Both the position numbers and the translations under genes were made by a program. Under the pieces are notes generated by a model that was not told the DNA's origin, made no database searches, and was given only the letters and a program-made list of their open reading frames with translations. Of a stretch of 64,000 nucleotides of DNA, positions 27,642 to 39,255 are shown one piece after another. Numbering within the stretch: the first letter of the stretch is position 1; the number at the start of each line of letters is the position of its first letter. Source of the stretch: a candidate division CPR3 bacterium GWF2_35_18 (lineage in GTDB: Bacteria; Patescibacteriota; CPR3; GWF2-35-18); the NCBI GenBank assembly GCA_001771135.1, contig MESW01000002.1:69315-133314 (forward strand). Reading direction: 5' to 3'.

Positions 27642-27957
27642 AATATCCAAGTTTGCAGAAAAAGTTTATAAGTTTACGAAAAAAATTCCTAAAGGAAAGG
27701 TCTCTACTTATGGACAGATCGCTAAAGCATCAGGTTATGGCAAATCTTCTCGGGCAGTAGGAAATACTTTACACAAAAACCCCTTTGCTCCAGTAGTTCC
27801 TTGTCATCGAGTAGTAAATAGTAATGGTTTTCTAGCTAAAAACTTTGGAAGCGGTGGAATAAAATCGCAACAAAAACTATTAGAATCAGAAGGAATTGTT
27901 TTTGATATTTCGGGAAAGGTGGATCTAAATAAATTTCAGTATTTTTTTAAGGAGTAA
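27628..27957 (+). CDS. MGMT/Ogt family methylated-DNA-protein-cysteine methyltransferase (C-terminal domain only)
   Basis: IPKGKVSTYG, RAVG, PCHRVV. Confidence 0.9.
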   Translation: MKNVKISKFAEKVYKFTKKIPKGKVSTYGQIAKASGYGKSSRAVGNTLHKNPFAPVVPCHRVVNSNGFLAKNFGSGGIKSQQKLLESEGIVFDISGKVDLNKFQYFFKE

Positions 27958-27959
27958 AT

Positions 27960-28619
27960 ATGGATAAATTGAAGTATCAGAATATTGTAATTTCAAGTCT
28001 TCCTGGGTCTGGTAGATCTACTCTTGCACGATTATTGCACAAAAAACTGTCTGATTGGAATTTGTTTTCAGGAGGAGGATTCATGAGGGAATACGCAATC
28101 GAAAAGGGTTTATTCAAAGGAGATTCGTTACTACATCATTCTGCTGCTACTTATGGTGAAGATTTTGATCGAAAAGTAGATATGGGAATGAGAGAATGGT
28201 TAGTCAAAAAGGAAAAGATGATTATTGAGTCATGGTTGTGTGGATTTTTAGCTCAGAATGTCCCAAATACTTTAAAAATATTATTAGTATGTAAAAATTC
28301 TCTTCGTATTGATCGTGTGGCAAACCGAGATAATGTAAGAGTTCGTGAAGCAAAGAAAAATTTAAAAGAGAGAATGAATATTAATGTTCAGAAATGGACA
28401 CAAATGTATCATAAAGAGTGGAATGATTGGGTTGTTAAAAAGAAGTTAATTGACTCTAAAGAAGAAATAAATTTTTGGGATGAGCGTCTTTATGATCTTG
28501 TCATTGATACTTATATGTATTCTAAAGAAGAGACTTTTAATCTTGCATATGAAGCCTTAAGTAAAGGTATTACAAACAAATATCAGGTTTCTGATGAGTG
28601 GAAAGAAGATAATAAGTGA
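27960..28619 (+). CDS. Cytidylate kinase-like protein (archaeal Cmk type)
   Basis: P-loop variant LPGSGRST, SGGGFMR, FDRKVD, YDLVIDT. Confidence 0.7.
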   Translation: MDKLKYQNIVISSLPGSGRSTLARLLHKKLSDWNLFSGGGFMREYAIEKGLFKGDSLLHHSAATYGEDFDRKVDMGMREWLVKKEKMIIESWLCGFLAQNVPNTLKILLVCKNSLRIDRVANRDNVRVREAKKNLKERMNINVQKWTQMYHKEWNDWVVKKKLIDSKEEINFWDERLYDLVIDTYMYSKEETFNLAYEALSKGITNKYQVSDEWKEDNK

Positions 28620-28662
28620 TTATAGCTGTCTTTAGTTTCATTATTAAATCAAAAAATCTAAA

Positions 28663-28944
28663 ATGAAAAAAAGATTACATATTTTTGTTTCTGGAAAAGT
28701 TCAAGGGGTCTCTTTTAGACATAACGCCCGAGAGTTGGCTGAAAAATTACCTTTAGTCGGTTGGATATGTAATCTGAGAGATGGGAGGGTTGAGATTTTA
28801 GTTGAAGGAGAAGATCATAAAATTCAAGAGTTTTTAAGCTGGTGTTACAAAGGCCCTATTGAAGCGGTTGTTCAGGATGTTGTCTTTGATTTTGAAAAAC
28901 CAGAGGGTGATTTTTTTGATTTTAGAATTACTTACCAAGAATGA
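28663..28944 (+). CDS. acyP: Acylphosphatase
   Basis: VSGKVQGVSFR, GWICN..DGRVE, GP. Confidence 0.93.
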   Translation: MKKRLHIFVSGKVQGVSFRHNARELAEKLPLVGWICNLRDGRVEILVEGEDHKIQEFLSWCYKGPIEAVVQDVVFDFEKPEGDFFDFRITYQE

Positions 28945-29537
28945 AGCAAAAAAAGAACAAACTATTAATTTTGATAGCAAAAAGTGTATCAAGAATCTTT
29001 GGTTTCGGAACCTTTATCCTTTTAGCTCTAGTAGCAGTTTTTTCAGGTCAGTTTAACGCTACCGATTATGGTTGGATATTCTTGAGCGCCATGATGTTTA
29101 TATTATCCGGAGGAGTGTTGTTTCTTTTCACTAAACTACGTATTTTTTCTGATTTTGATCTTAGTGATAGAAGTGAAAGACCCTTATTTTTCTTTATTCT
29201 TATTATTTTGGGAATAGTATTATTTTTTCTCTATGTTATTTTTGACGTGAGTATGATATTACGGTATTTCATCCTTATTTATTTAGTAGAGATTATTCTC
29301 GACTTTATGATTACACTTTTTTGGAAGATTTCGAATCACACTCTTGCGGTTACGAGTTTTATATCATTTTCAATAATTCTTTTAGGATTTGGTTACTTAT
29401 ATTTACTATTGCTTCTACCTTTGGTGATGTGGGCTCGATTTTTTTTACAAAAACATACTGTAGGGCAATTGTTGGGTGGAGCAATTTTGGCCGTAATTGT
29501 GATCTTTCCCTTGTCTCGTATTTTTGGCTTTATATAA
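28941..29537 (+). CDS. PAP2-like membrane protein
   Basis: Multi-TM; KISNH, WARFFLQKHT..Q...G. Confidence 0.65.
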   Translation: MKQKKNKLLILIAKSVSRIFGFGTFILLALVAVFSGQFNATDYGWIFLSAMMFILSGGVLFLFTKLRIFSDFDLSDRSERPLFFFILIILGIVLFFLYVIFDVSMILRYFILIYLVEIILDFMITLFWKISNHTLAVTSFISFSIILLGFGYLYLLLLLPLVMWARFFLQKHTVGQLLGGAILAVIVIFPLSRIFGFI

Positions 29538-29556
29538 TTTCGTAAGGAGCAACTAA

Positions 29557-30762
29557 GTGACAATTAAAATCGTAAAAAAACTATTAATTATTGTTATCAC
29601 AATATCTTTGTTCTCAGTTTTGATAAACACAAAGGTGCAAAGTGCTGATGATTCTTGTAGCAATCCTACCGTTTGTACAATTGAAGATGATCAGAATAAT
29701 AATCAAGATGGAAATTTTGATCAATATCGTCCGCAAGATGAATCAGGAAAGGTATGTGTCTACTATTTTTGGGGAGCAGGATGTAAGGCTTGTGCTTCTG
29801 TAAGTCCATTTGTTGAAGAATTGACCTCTCAAAAGAAAGATAAAGTAGAATTAAAATCACTGGAAGTTTATTATAATGAAGAAAATAGGAAGCTACTTTC
29901 TGATTTTAATAAACGATATCAGGTTGAAGATTCTGGTGTCCCAGCAGTTTTTGTTGGTGATACTTATTTGGGCGGAGCAGATGCCATCAAAAATAATTTA
30001 AGCGAAAAAATAGACTATTTTTATGAAAACAAAACCGCTTGTCCTCTAGATTACAATCGGATTCAAGGCAGTACGGAAGAAACAAAAAAGTTGGAATTAA
30101 CTCTACCAGCTATTCTTCTTGGAGCCGCAGCAGATAGTGTTAACCCTTGTGCTTTTGCCGTTCTTATATTTTTACTGGTTTATCTCATGGCGGTTAAAGA
30201 TAAGAAGGCAATGTTTAAAGTGGGATTGACTTATATTATTGTCGTTTTTGTCGTTTATTTTGTTTCCGGTTTGGGAATTTTACAGCTGGCCAAATATTTA
30301 ACAGCGACATCTGTGGTAATGAAAATTGTAGCCTCTATTTCAATTGTGGCAGGACTAATAAATATTAAAGATTTCTTCTGGTATGGTAAGGGGATTAGTC
30401 TACATATTCCCGAAAGTAAAAAACCGCTAATCGAAAGATATGTCAAAAAGGCTACTTTTCCAGCAACAATCGTTTTAGGATTTTTAGTTTCTGCATTTGA
30501 ATTACCCTGCACGGGAGGTGTTTATTTAGCGATTCTAGGAATCCTAGCTCAAAGTAGCGATAAATTGTTATCAATTTTTTATCTTTTAATTTATAATGTA
30601 ATATTCGTTTCGCCTTTACTTATTATTTTGCTTGTAGTTTATAAAGGGTTAGATCCGGATAAGGTTAATTCCTGGCGTCTTGATAAAAGAAAATGGTTGC
30701 GATTATTTATGGGACTTATAATGTTAATTTTAGGTTTCGGTTTATTTTTTGGCCTTTTTTAA
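29557..30762 (+). CDS. Thioredoxin-fold plus CcdA/DsbD-type transmembrane disulfide reductase
   Basis: Signal peptide, CKAC, GVP; TM domain with DSVNPCAF and ELPCTGG. Confidence 0.82.
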   Translation: MTIKIVKKLLIIVITISLFSVLINTKVQSADDSCSNPTVCTIEDDQNNNQDGNFDQYRPQDESGKVCVYYFWGAGCKACASVSPFVEELTSQKKDKVELKSLEVYYNEENRKLLSDFNKRYQVEDSGVPAVFVGDTYLGGADAIKNNLSEKIDYFYENKTACPLDYNRIQGSTEETKKLELTLPAILLGAAADSVNPCAFAVLIFLLVYLMAVKDKKAMFKVGLTYIIVVFVVYFVSGLGILQLAKYLTATSVVMKIVASISIVAGLINIKDFFWYGKGISLHIPESKKPLIERYVKKATFPATIVLGFLVSAFELPCTGGVYLAILGILAQSSDKLLSIFYLLIYNVIFVSPLLIILLVVYKGLDPDKVNSWRLDKRKWLRLFMGLIMLILGFGLFFGLF

Positions 30763-30778
30763 TAGCTATATTTAATAG

Positions 30779-30997
<219 letters not shown>

Positions 30998-30999
30998 AA

Positions 31000-31479
31000 A
31001 TGGTTGATGAACAAAATAATAATAAAATCGTAATTTCAGTTTTAGGAGTTATCTTCGATACTTCAGGAAAAGTATTGCTTTCTTTACGAAGCGATAAGGA
31101 GATTCCTCTGGCTGATTTTAAATGGGAAATTCCCGGAGGGAAAATTGACTTTGGAGAAACAGCGACTGAATGTATTGTCCGTGAAATTCGCGAAGAGACT
31201 GGACTCATTGTAAATCCAGTTAGATTGGTCGATTGTATTTGGAGTAATATTTGGGATACAAATGCCGGTCATAAAATTCAAGCAATTTTAATTCCCTTCC
31301 TTTGCGAAGTAGACAGCGGAGTTACTAAGCCGGGAAACCATGAAGTTCTTGAATTAAAATGGTTCTCGATGAAGGAGATTGATAGTTTGAATACATTACC
31401 AGGGGTTAAGGAAATAGTAAGAACGGCCTATTTTACTAAAAAAGGAGTTACATATGGAAAATCAAAAGATGGTTTATGA
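31000..31479 (+). CDS. NUDIX hydrolase
   Basis: GGKIDFGETATECIVREIREETG Nudix box. Confidence 0.92.
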   Translation: MVDEQNNNKIVISVLGVIFDTSGKVLLSLRSDKEIPLADFKWEIPGGKIDFGETATECIVREIREETGLIVNPVRLVDCIWSNIWDTNAGHKIQAILIPFLCEVDSGVTKPGNHEVLELKWFSMKEIDSLNTLPGVKEIVRTAYFTKKGVTYGKSKDGL

Positions 31480-32413
31480 TTTATTGATAATTGGGGCTGG
31501 TCCAGCTGGATTTACAGCTTCAATTTACGCTTCAAGGTATAAGGTAAGTAACCTCGTCATTGGTCCTGAATTGGGAGGGACAATAGCGAAAGCGCATAAG
31601 GTTGAAAACTATCCCGGATTTTTATCAATTCCCGGTTTTGAATTGGGTCAAAAAATGAGTGAGCAGGTAAAAAATTTGGGATCAGAAATCAAACTAGAAA
31701 CAGTGGCGCATATTAATAAAAATGATCTTTTTGAATTAACTACAAATAATGGAAACAAATATTACTCAAAAATGATAATTATAGCTTCCGGTACAGAAAG
31801 AAGGAAACTGAACATTTTGGGTGAAGATAAGTATTTAGGACGCGGAATCTCGTATTGTACAAATTGTGATGCTCCATTTTTCCGTAATAAAAAAGTAGCT
31901 GTAGTTGGAGGGGGTGATGCCGCAATTACAGGAGCGCTACATCTTAACGAAATTGCAAGTGAGATTTATCTGATTTATCGACGGAAAAAAGAAGATTTAA
32001 GGGCTGAACCAGCTTGGTTAGAGAGTCTTGCACAATCAAAGGTTATTGGTATTTATGAAACTAATCCGATCGAGGTTTTAGGAGATGAAACTAAAGTCAC
32101 CGGTTTGAAGTTGGATAAGCCTTTTAAGGGTCAAGAAGTTCTTGGTTTAGACGGGGTTTTTGTCGAGATCGGTGCGGTTCCTGTTTCTAAGATTATTTCT
32201 CCACTAGGAGTTGTGGTGGATGAGTCTGGTTTCATTAAAGTAGATGCTTCTATGCAGACTAATATTGAGGGGATTTATGCAGCAGGAGATATTACAGAAC
32301 AATCAAAAGTGTTGCAACAGGTGATAACCGCTGAAGCTCAAGGGGCAATTGCGGCAGCCTCCGTCTTTAGAAAAATTAAAGGAAAAGTTGATGCTCCCAA
32401 ACAATGGGGGTAA
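31454..32413 (+). CDS. trxB: Thioredoxin reductase family flavoprotein
   Basis: IIGAGPAG, CTNCD, VGGGDAA, YAAGD. Confidence 0.9.
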   Translation: MENQKMVYDLLIIGAGPAGFTASIYASRYKVSNLVIGPELGGTIAKAHKVENYPGFLSIPGFELGQKMSEQVKNLGSEIKLETVAHINKNDLFELTTNNGNKYYSKMIIIASGTERRKLNILGEDKYLGRGISYCTNCDAPFFRNKKVAVVGGGDAAITGALHLNEIASEIYLIYRRKKEDLRAEPAWLESLAQSKVIGIYETNPIEVLGDETKVTGLKLDKPFKGQEVLGLDGVFVEIGAVPVSKIISPLGVVVDESGFIKVDASMQTNIEGIYAAGDITEQSKVLQQVITAEAQGAIAAASVFRKIKGKVDAPKQWG

Positions 32414-32431
32414 AAATTTTAGGAGATCAAA

Positions 32432-32965
32432 ATGCCAAATGCTACCGTTAAAGGAATATTTTTAAAGGGACTTGTGGAGGTAGTTAGAAAACTAAAAGGA
32501 CCGGATGGCGTTAATAAGCTCAAAGAGGAGTTTGGTGATCTTGGTTTTGCCGGATTTAAAGACTATCCGATGCAGGTGCAGGCCGATCTCAACAAAATTT
32601 CGAGTAAAATTATTTATGGTTCTTATTGTCCGGAGGCGGAGTATGAATTTGGACGGCTGTCTTTCAAAACATATACCGATAGTTTGATTGGAAGAACAAT
32701 GTTTTCTTTAATAGGAAGTAGCCCAATCAAAGTCGCAAAAGCTCTTCCAAAGATATTGGGAACAGTTACTTCGGGTTTAAAAATTACCGTAGAAGAAATA
32801 AACAGTTTAAAGGCAAAAATTCGCATGCAGAATATTCCTTTTCATATTAAGCATTATGAAGGAGCATGTGTGGCGGCCGCAGAGCATTTTGGCTATAAAG
32901 CAAAAGTTACTTCAAAGTTGATTGGAAAAGATGATTTTGAATATACTGTAGAATGGTATAAATAA
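32432..32965 (+). CDS. DUF2378/TIGR02265-like protein
   Basis: TVKGIF...FKDYP...FGR..F..Y..SLIGRTM...Y..EW pattern, recognised from memory of the family. Confidence 0.55.
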   Translation: MPNATVKGIFLKGLVEVVRKLKGPDGVNKLKEEFGDLGFAGFKDYPMQVQADLNKISSKIIYGSYCPEAEYEFGRLSFKTYTDSLIGRTMFSLIGSSPIKVAKALPKILGTVTSGLKITVEEINSLKAKIRMQNIPFHIKHYEGACVAAAEHFGYKAKVTSKLIGKDDFEYTVEWYK

Positions 32966-32973
32966 ATAATTCT

Positions 32974-33708
32974 GTGAAAAAAACTATCAAATTAATTAGT
33001 CTAAACATTGAAGGAGATAATCACCTAGATAAAGTGATTCCTTTTTTAGTTTCCGAGAATCCTGATATTATCTGTTTACAAGAGGTTTTTAAACATAATT
33101 CCGAGACTATTGCAAATAAAATTAAGAGAAAAGATTATTTTTTCCCCATGGCAAAAATGTTTGAAAAACGATATACCAAAAAATCATTGGGTATGTTGTG
33201 GGGGATTTCTTTTTTAACCAATTTGGAATTCAAAAATATCCAGTGTGAGCAATATTTTGGTAACGAAAAAGTTGTTCCTTCATATTTGGGTGGAGGAGGA
33301 CTCTGTAATCGAATTTTAGCTTGGGGAAATGTCAAGAAAGAGGGTAAGGAACAAACGATTGCAACGACTCATTTTACGTGGAGTTCAAAGGGAAATACGA
33401 CAGTGATCCAAAGAAGATCATTCAATAAATTAAATAAGATCCTGGATAAAGTAGGAGATTGCGTTTTATGCGGCGATTTTAATGCTCCTCGAGGCGGAGA
33501 GATTTTTACGGCATTGTCAAAAAGGTTCACAGATAATATTCCGGTTCAGGTGAAGACGACCGTGGATGAAAATTTGCATCGAAAAAAGGGATTGCAAGTT
33601 GTTGTGGATGGACTGTTTACTTCTTCTAACTACAAAGCCGAAAATGTGAAGATTATTGGTGGAGTTAGTGATCACAAAGCGATTGTGGCAACGATATTTA
33701 AGATATAA
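32974..33708 (+). CDS. Endonuclease/exonuclease/phosphatase family protein
   Basis: SLNIE, DIICLQEV, TH, CGDFN, SDH. Confidence 0.9.
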   Translation: MKKTIKLISLNIEGDNHLDKVIPFLVSENPDIICLQEVFKHNSETIANKIKRKDYFFPMAKMFEKRYTKKSLGMLWGISFLTNLEFKNIQCEQYFGNEKVVPSYLGGGGLCNRILAWGNVKKEGKEQTIATTHFTWSSKGNTTVIQRRSFNKLNKILDKVGDCVLCGDFNAPRGGEIFTALSKRFTDNIPVQVKTTVDENLHRKKGLQVVVDGLFTSSNYKAENVKIIGGVSDHKAIVATIFKI

Positions 33709-33720
33709 AGGATTAATATT

Positions 33721-34521
33721 ATGTCTAAAGATTTTTCATATCACATAAAAACAATATTAGAACTGGCAAAGGAAACATTCCAAGAGAACCAATCTTTGAA
33801 TAAAGAGATTGGGATTATTAATGTGAAGGGTGATGAGGTTTTAGCTATGGATAAGAAGATGGAATCGGTGATTATTGACTATTTACGTAAAGAAAAACTT
33901 CCGGTAAGTATTTTTTCCGAAGAGATTGGTTTTCTGGAACTGCATAATAATCCAACCCATCTTGTTGTTTTTGATCCTCTAGACGGAAGTACAAACTATC
34001 AAATCGGCCAAAACTTAATGCCTTATGGTTTAATGATTGCTGTCTATGAAGGTTCAACCCCAAAATTGTCTGATATAAAAGCATCAGGAATGTATGAAGT
34101 AACTTCAAAACGAGGATTTATTTTTGATGGATCTACTACTAGGAATCTAGAAGGCGTTCAAATCTCTGTAAATAGACAATGGGGGATTAGTGCAAAGACA
34201 CCTGTTCACTTTGATCTTTATTATAAAGAAGCGGTTCAGAAATTTGGATCACTGGCGCAGAATGTACATCTGAAATGGGGTGGTTCCAATATCTCGAGTT
34301 TACTTTATGTTTTATCTGAAATAGGAGCGGTAATGGGTTCAGTAAAGATGAGACCGGAAGAAATTGGAGCTGTTGCATCTCTTATTAATGGAGCTAATGG
34401 AATAGTTGTGGATTTAAAAGGTAATAACCTCATGAATTATTCTTTTGGAGTAGATAGTATTTATCCCTTCATAGCTGGAAATAAAGAAATTGTTAGATAT
34501 TTAATCAAAGAAATAAATTAA
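33721..34521 (+). CDS. Inositol monophosphatase/FBPase family protein
   Basis: SEE, FDPLDGSTNY; the usual WD motif is replaced by PEE. Confidence 0.8.
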   Translation: MSKDFSYHIKTILELAKETFQENQSLNKEIGIINVKGDEVLAMDKKMESVIIDYLRKEKLPVSIFSEEIGFLELHNNPTHLVVFDPLDGSTNYQIGQNLMPYGLMIAVYEGSTPKLSDIKASGMYEVTSKRGFIFDGSTTRNLEGVQISVNRQWGISAKTPVHFDLYYKEAVQKFGSLAQNVHLKWGGSNISSLLYVLSEIGAVMGSVKMRPEEIGAVASLINGANGIVVDLKGNNLMNYSFGVDSIYPFIAGNKEIVRYLIKEIN

Positions 34522-34544
34522 CTTCGAAAATATCAACTTTCCTC

Positions 34545-34619
34545 TTGCCTTTTTAATTTTCCTATGGTATAAATACCCATGCTTCTCGTATGAGAAGTTT
34601 CTTTTTTCGTTCTTTAACA
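34545..34619 (+). promoter_or_regulatory. 16S rRNA promoter and boxA
   Basis: TTGCCT-17 nt-TATAAA (34545-34573); boxA-like CGTTCTTTAACA at about 34608. Confidence 0.7.
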
Positions 34620-34772
34620 TTCAAGAAGTGGTAGGAATTTAGGCGAAGTGTTGTCTAAATTCTTAGTACAAGACTTCGTCAATTTTTTTTGTAATCATTG
34701 TTAAACCAAGTAATTGGTTTAACTCGTTTACTCTTTATGATATTTCCTAAATTTATTTAGGATTTGTCATAT

Positions 34773-36275
<1,503 letters not shown>

Positions 36276-36375
36276 CTAAGGAGTATCACTCCAACTTCAC
36301 GACTGGAGTCTTTATAGGTGTATGCTACAACCATAAAGGTAGCAGTTCCTACCACTTTTTGAAAGTTAAAGATAC

Positions 36376-36405
36376 AAAAAACGGAGCTTGTTGCTCCGTT
36401 TTTTT
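36376..36405 (+). terminator. Intrinsic terminator after 16S rRNA
   Basis: AAAAAACGGAGC-ttgtt-GCTCCGTTTTTTT. Confidence 0.85.
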
Positions 36406-36459
36406 GTTTATGATATATTCAATTCGTTTAAAAATTGGAGTTTCGCAGCTTGTTAATTT

Positions 36460-36534
36460 GGCGCGGTAGCCAAGTGGAAAGGCAGGAGTCTGCAAAACTC
36501 CTACGCGTCGGTTCGATTCCGACCCGCGCCTCCA
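36460..36534 (+). tRNA. tRNA-Cys(GCA)
   Basis: GGCGCGG acceptor, GGAGT-CTGCAAA-ACTCC, U73, CCA. Confidence 0.95.
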
Positions 36535-36545
36535 AAGATAAATAG

Positions 36546-36622
36546 GGGCGATTAGCTCAGGTGGTTAGAGCGCCAAACTGATAATTTGGAGGTCCATGGT
36601 TCGAGTCCATGATCGCCCACCA
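36546..36622 (+). tRNA. tRNA-Ile(GAU)
   Basis: GGGCGAT/ATCGCCC, CCAAA-CTGATAA-TTTGG, ACCA. Confidence 0.95.
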
Positions 36623-36628
36623 TAGAAT

Positions 36629-36657
36629 AAAAACTACGTTATTAACGTAGTTTTTTT
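36629..36657 (+). terminator. Intrinsic terminator after tRNA-Ile(GAU)
   Basis: AAAAACTACGTTA-t-TAACGTAGTTTTTTT. Confidence 0.8.
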
Positions 36658-36678
36658 CGTTTGTGTTATACTTTTTTT

Positions 36679-37140
36679 ATGAATAAAAAGATTCAAATTC
36701 CAGGAATTGATTATATCGGTATAACGACTCCTTTCTACTGTAATGATGGTAAGGGTAATTTTCTTTTACATCGCAGAAGTAAAAATTGCCGTGATGAACA
36801 GAGAAGATGGGATTTGGGTTCGGGTCAATTAGAGTTTGGGTTAACTCCAGAGCAAAACGTTCTTAAAGAGGTTTTTGAAGAATATGGTTGTAGTGGAACT
36901 ATTCAAAGTCAACTTCCGCCACACTCTATTTTTCGAAAGCATCAAGGGGTAGATACTCACTGGTTGGCAATTCCTTTTTTTGTACAAGTTGATCCACAAA
37001 AAGTAAAGATTAGTGAACCCACTAAAATTGATGAGATTGCCTGGTTTACTTTAGATAATTTACCAACTCCTTTACATTCTGGTTTTTCCTATACTCTAAA
37101 GACTTACAAACAGTATTTTGAAAAGTATAAAAAGCGATAA
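36679..37140 (+). CDS. NUDIX hydrolase
   Basis: GSGQLEFGLTPEQNVLKEVFEEYG Nudix box. Confidence 0.88.
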   Translation: MNKKIQIPGIDYIGITTPFYCNDGKGNFLLHRRSKNCRDEQRRWDLGSGQLEFGLTPEQNVLKEVFEEYGCSGTIQSQLPPHSIFRKHQGVDTHWLAIPFFVQVDPQKVKISEPTKIDEIAWFTLDNLPTPLHSGFSYTLKTYKQYFEKYKKR

Positions 37141-37271
37141 TTATACTAATGTAGCAGTCTCTATTATCTGGTTGCCAAAACGCCAAAAATGGGCATTCGT
37201 TTTTCCTTTTTTTATTTTGATTTTCCGACTCTTTTTCTCTATAGTTAAATATTGGAGATTAACGACATTTA

Positions 37272-37620
37272 ATGTCTTATTATTACTATAATTTCAGTTC
37301 TAAAAAACTCCGCTCAAAAAGGAGAAAAAGATACTTTATTTCGGCTCTTTACTCATTTTTTACAATTTTCTTTTTATTTTCAATATTTTTACCCTATTTT
37401 AAATACAATAACGTAGCTACATATGTAAGTGGAACAACTTCTACAAATACGACCTAGGACTTGTGAAATTAGTCGACGTTAAACCTCTTTAGCTTAGTAA
37501 TCCGACGATAATTACCAATAAATACGGATACTATAGTTTCTAGTGAAAAAGGGGAAGAATCAGATTGTGATTGAGTCAAAAAAGATGAAAAGACTAAAGC
37601 AGTCTATCGATCTGAAGTGA
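37272..37620 (+). pseudogene. Decayed membrane-anchored protein with a carboxypeptidase-regulatory-like beta domain
   Basis: The 61-aa TM-containing ORF continues through frameshifts and an in-frame TAG as LGLVKLVDVKPL*LSNPTIITNKYGYYS/FLVKKGKNQIVIESK. Confidence 0.5.
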
Positions 37621-37707
37621 TTACAGTATAGACTAACAATGGACATCTTGGAAAAAATATCAAAATCTAGTATTATTATAGTAATAATCAAAGGAGGTGA
37701 TAAATAA

Positions 37708-38217
37708 ATGGAAGAAGTAAAAACAGAAACTCCCGTAACCACAACAGCTTATGAACATGCTGGTTTTGGTGTTAGATTGGTTGCGGCGATTATAGACGGA
37801 ATTTTAATCAGCGTTGTTACTGGAATTATAAACGGAATTTTTGGAACTGCTTTAGGTGCAGGAACTTCATTAATGAGTACCGATGTGATGACAGATGAAG
37901 CTGCTGCTGGTCTTATCGCCACGGCAATTGGAGGATCATTTATTCTCATGTTTGTAAATATGGCGATCTCCTGGGGTTATTATATTGTTATGACCGGAGC
38001 AAAAGGAGCGACAATTGGAAAAATGATTATGAAGCTTGAAGTCGTCGATGAAAATTATCAAAAAATTTCTTATGGTAAAGCGGCTTTGCGCGAAATTGTC
38101 GGGAAATTTATTTCCAGTCTAGTATTTTGTTTAGGATATATATGGGTTTTATTTGATGATAAAAAACAAGGTTGGCACGATAAAATTGCCAAAACTTACG
38201 TCATCAAAAAAAGTTAA
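37708..38217 (+). CDS. RDD family protein
   Basis: AGFGVRLVAAIID, GATIGK, KQGWHDKIAKTYV. Confidence 0.92.
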   Translation: MEEVKTETPVTTTAYEHAGFGVRLVAAIIDGILISVVTGIINGIFGTALGAGTSLMSTDVMTDEAAAGLIATAIGGSFILMFVNMAISWGYYIVMTGAKGATIGKMIMKLEVVDENYQKISYGKAALREIVGKFISSLVFCLGYIWVLFDDKKQGWHDKIAKTYVIKKS

Positions 38218-38231
38218 GGTTTAAAGAGAGT

Positions 38232-38257
38232 GGGTAAGTAGATTCATCTACTTACCC
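38232..38257 (+). other. Stable intergenic hairpin (weak terminator or stabiliser)
   Basis: GGGTAAGTAGA-ttca-TCTACTTACCC. Confidence 0.55.
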
Positions 38258-38280
38258 CTCCTTTAATAAAAAGAGGAAAA

Positions 38281-39255
38281 ATGAACATCGATTTTCGCAA
38301 AATAATTAAACGATCTTGGGAAATTATTAAAAAGAATAAAATACTCTGGATTTTAGGAATGCTTCTTGGTGGAGCTAGTGTGGGAAGTGGCGGAGGGGGG
38401 AGTGGATATGACTTTGACAGTTCTGATGTCGATAAAATCAAAAACTCCGATTTTGTAGATGGGGATCAACTAACTTCAGCGATAGATTCTTTTTTAACTT
38501 CTCTTTCTGAAGTTATTGCCAAAATTCCACCATATATTTGGATACTTATCATAGTGACTTTAATTAGCGTTATCATCCTCGGAATTATTGTAAAAATCTA
38601 TTTGAATAACTGGGCAGAGGGAGCTGTTATTGGTCTTGTGAATGGAGCAGAAAAAGGAGAGGAAATTAGTTTTCGTAAAGGCGCAATTTATGGAATTCGT
38701 TTTGCTAAGAGGTTAGTTTTAATTTCAATAGTTCCCGGTTTAATCTATTTTTTAATTTTAATCGCTTTTGGTTTGCTTATTGTTTTCAGCCTGCTTTTCC
38801 CCGTACCGGTACTGAATATTATCTTAGCAATTATTTTTGGCTTCATTCTAATATTTTTTATGCTTATAGGATCTTTATTTTTATCTCTGCTAAAGATAAT
38901 TTCTATCCGAATCGTGGTTGTCGAAGATAAAGATTATCTAGAAGCATATAAGGAAGCTTTTACTTTTGTGAAAAAAGCCTTCCTTGAAATTATCATTCAA
39001 GGAGTTATCAATTATAGTTTTGGTTGTGGTTTTGGTTGTCTCTATTTGATTTTTTTAATCGTAATTATTGGAATTATTATTTTAGGATTTTTTATTCACG
39101 TTGGGTTAGGTTTACCACTTGCTCTTTTAGGTTTACTTATTTTAATTGTTAGTGGAGTATTCGTAGGAGCTTTTAATTCCTTTAAATCTGCAAACTGGAC
39201 GCTACTGTACAAACAGGTTAGAGAAAAACAGAAGGAGGGGAACAATGCAAAGTAG
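38281..39255 (+). CDS. Multi-pass membrane protein of unknown function
   Basis: IIKRSWEI..KNK.LWILG, Gly-rich linker, about 6 TM. Confidence 0.75.
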   Translation: MNIDFRKIIKRSWEIIKKNKILWILGMLLGGASVGSGGGGSGYDFDSSDVDKIKNSDFVDGDQLTSAIDSFLTSLSEVIAKIPPYIWILIIVTLISVIILGIIVKIYLNNWAEGAVIGLVNGAEKGEEISFRKGAIYGIRFAKRLVLISIVPGLIYFLILIAFGLLIVFSLLFPVPVLNIILAIIFGFILIFFMLIGSLFLSLLKIISIRIVVVEDKDYLEAYKEAFTFVKKAFLEIIIQGVINYSFGCGFGCLYLIFLIVIIGIIILGFFIHVGLGLPLALLGLLILIVSGVFVGAFNSFKSANWTLLYKQVREKQKEGNNAK

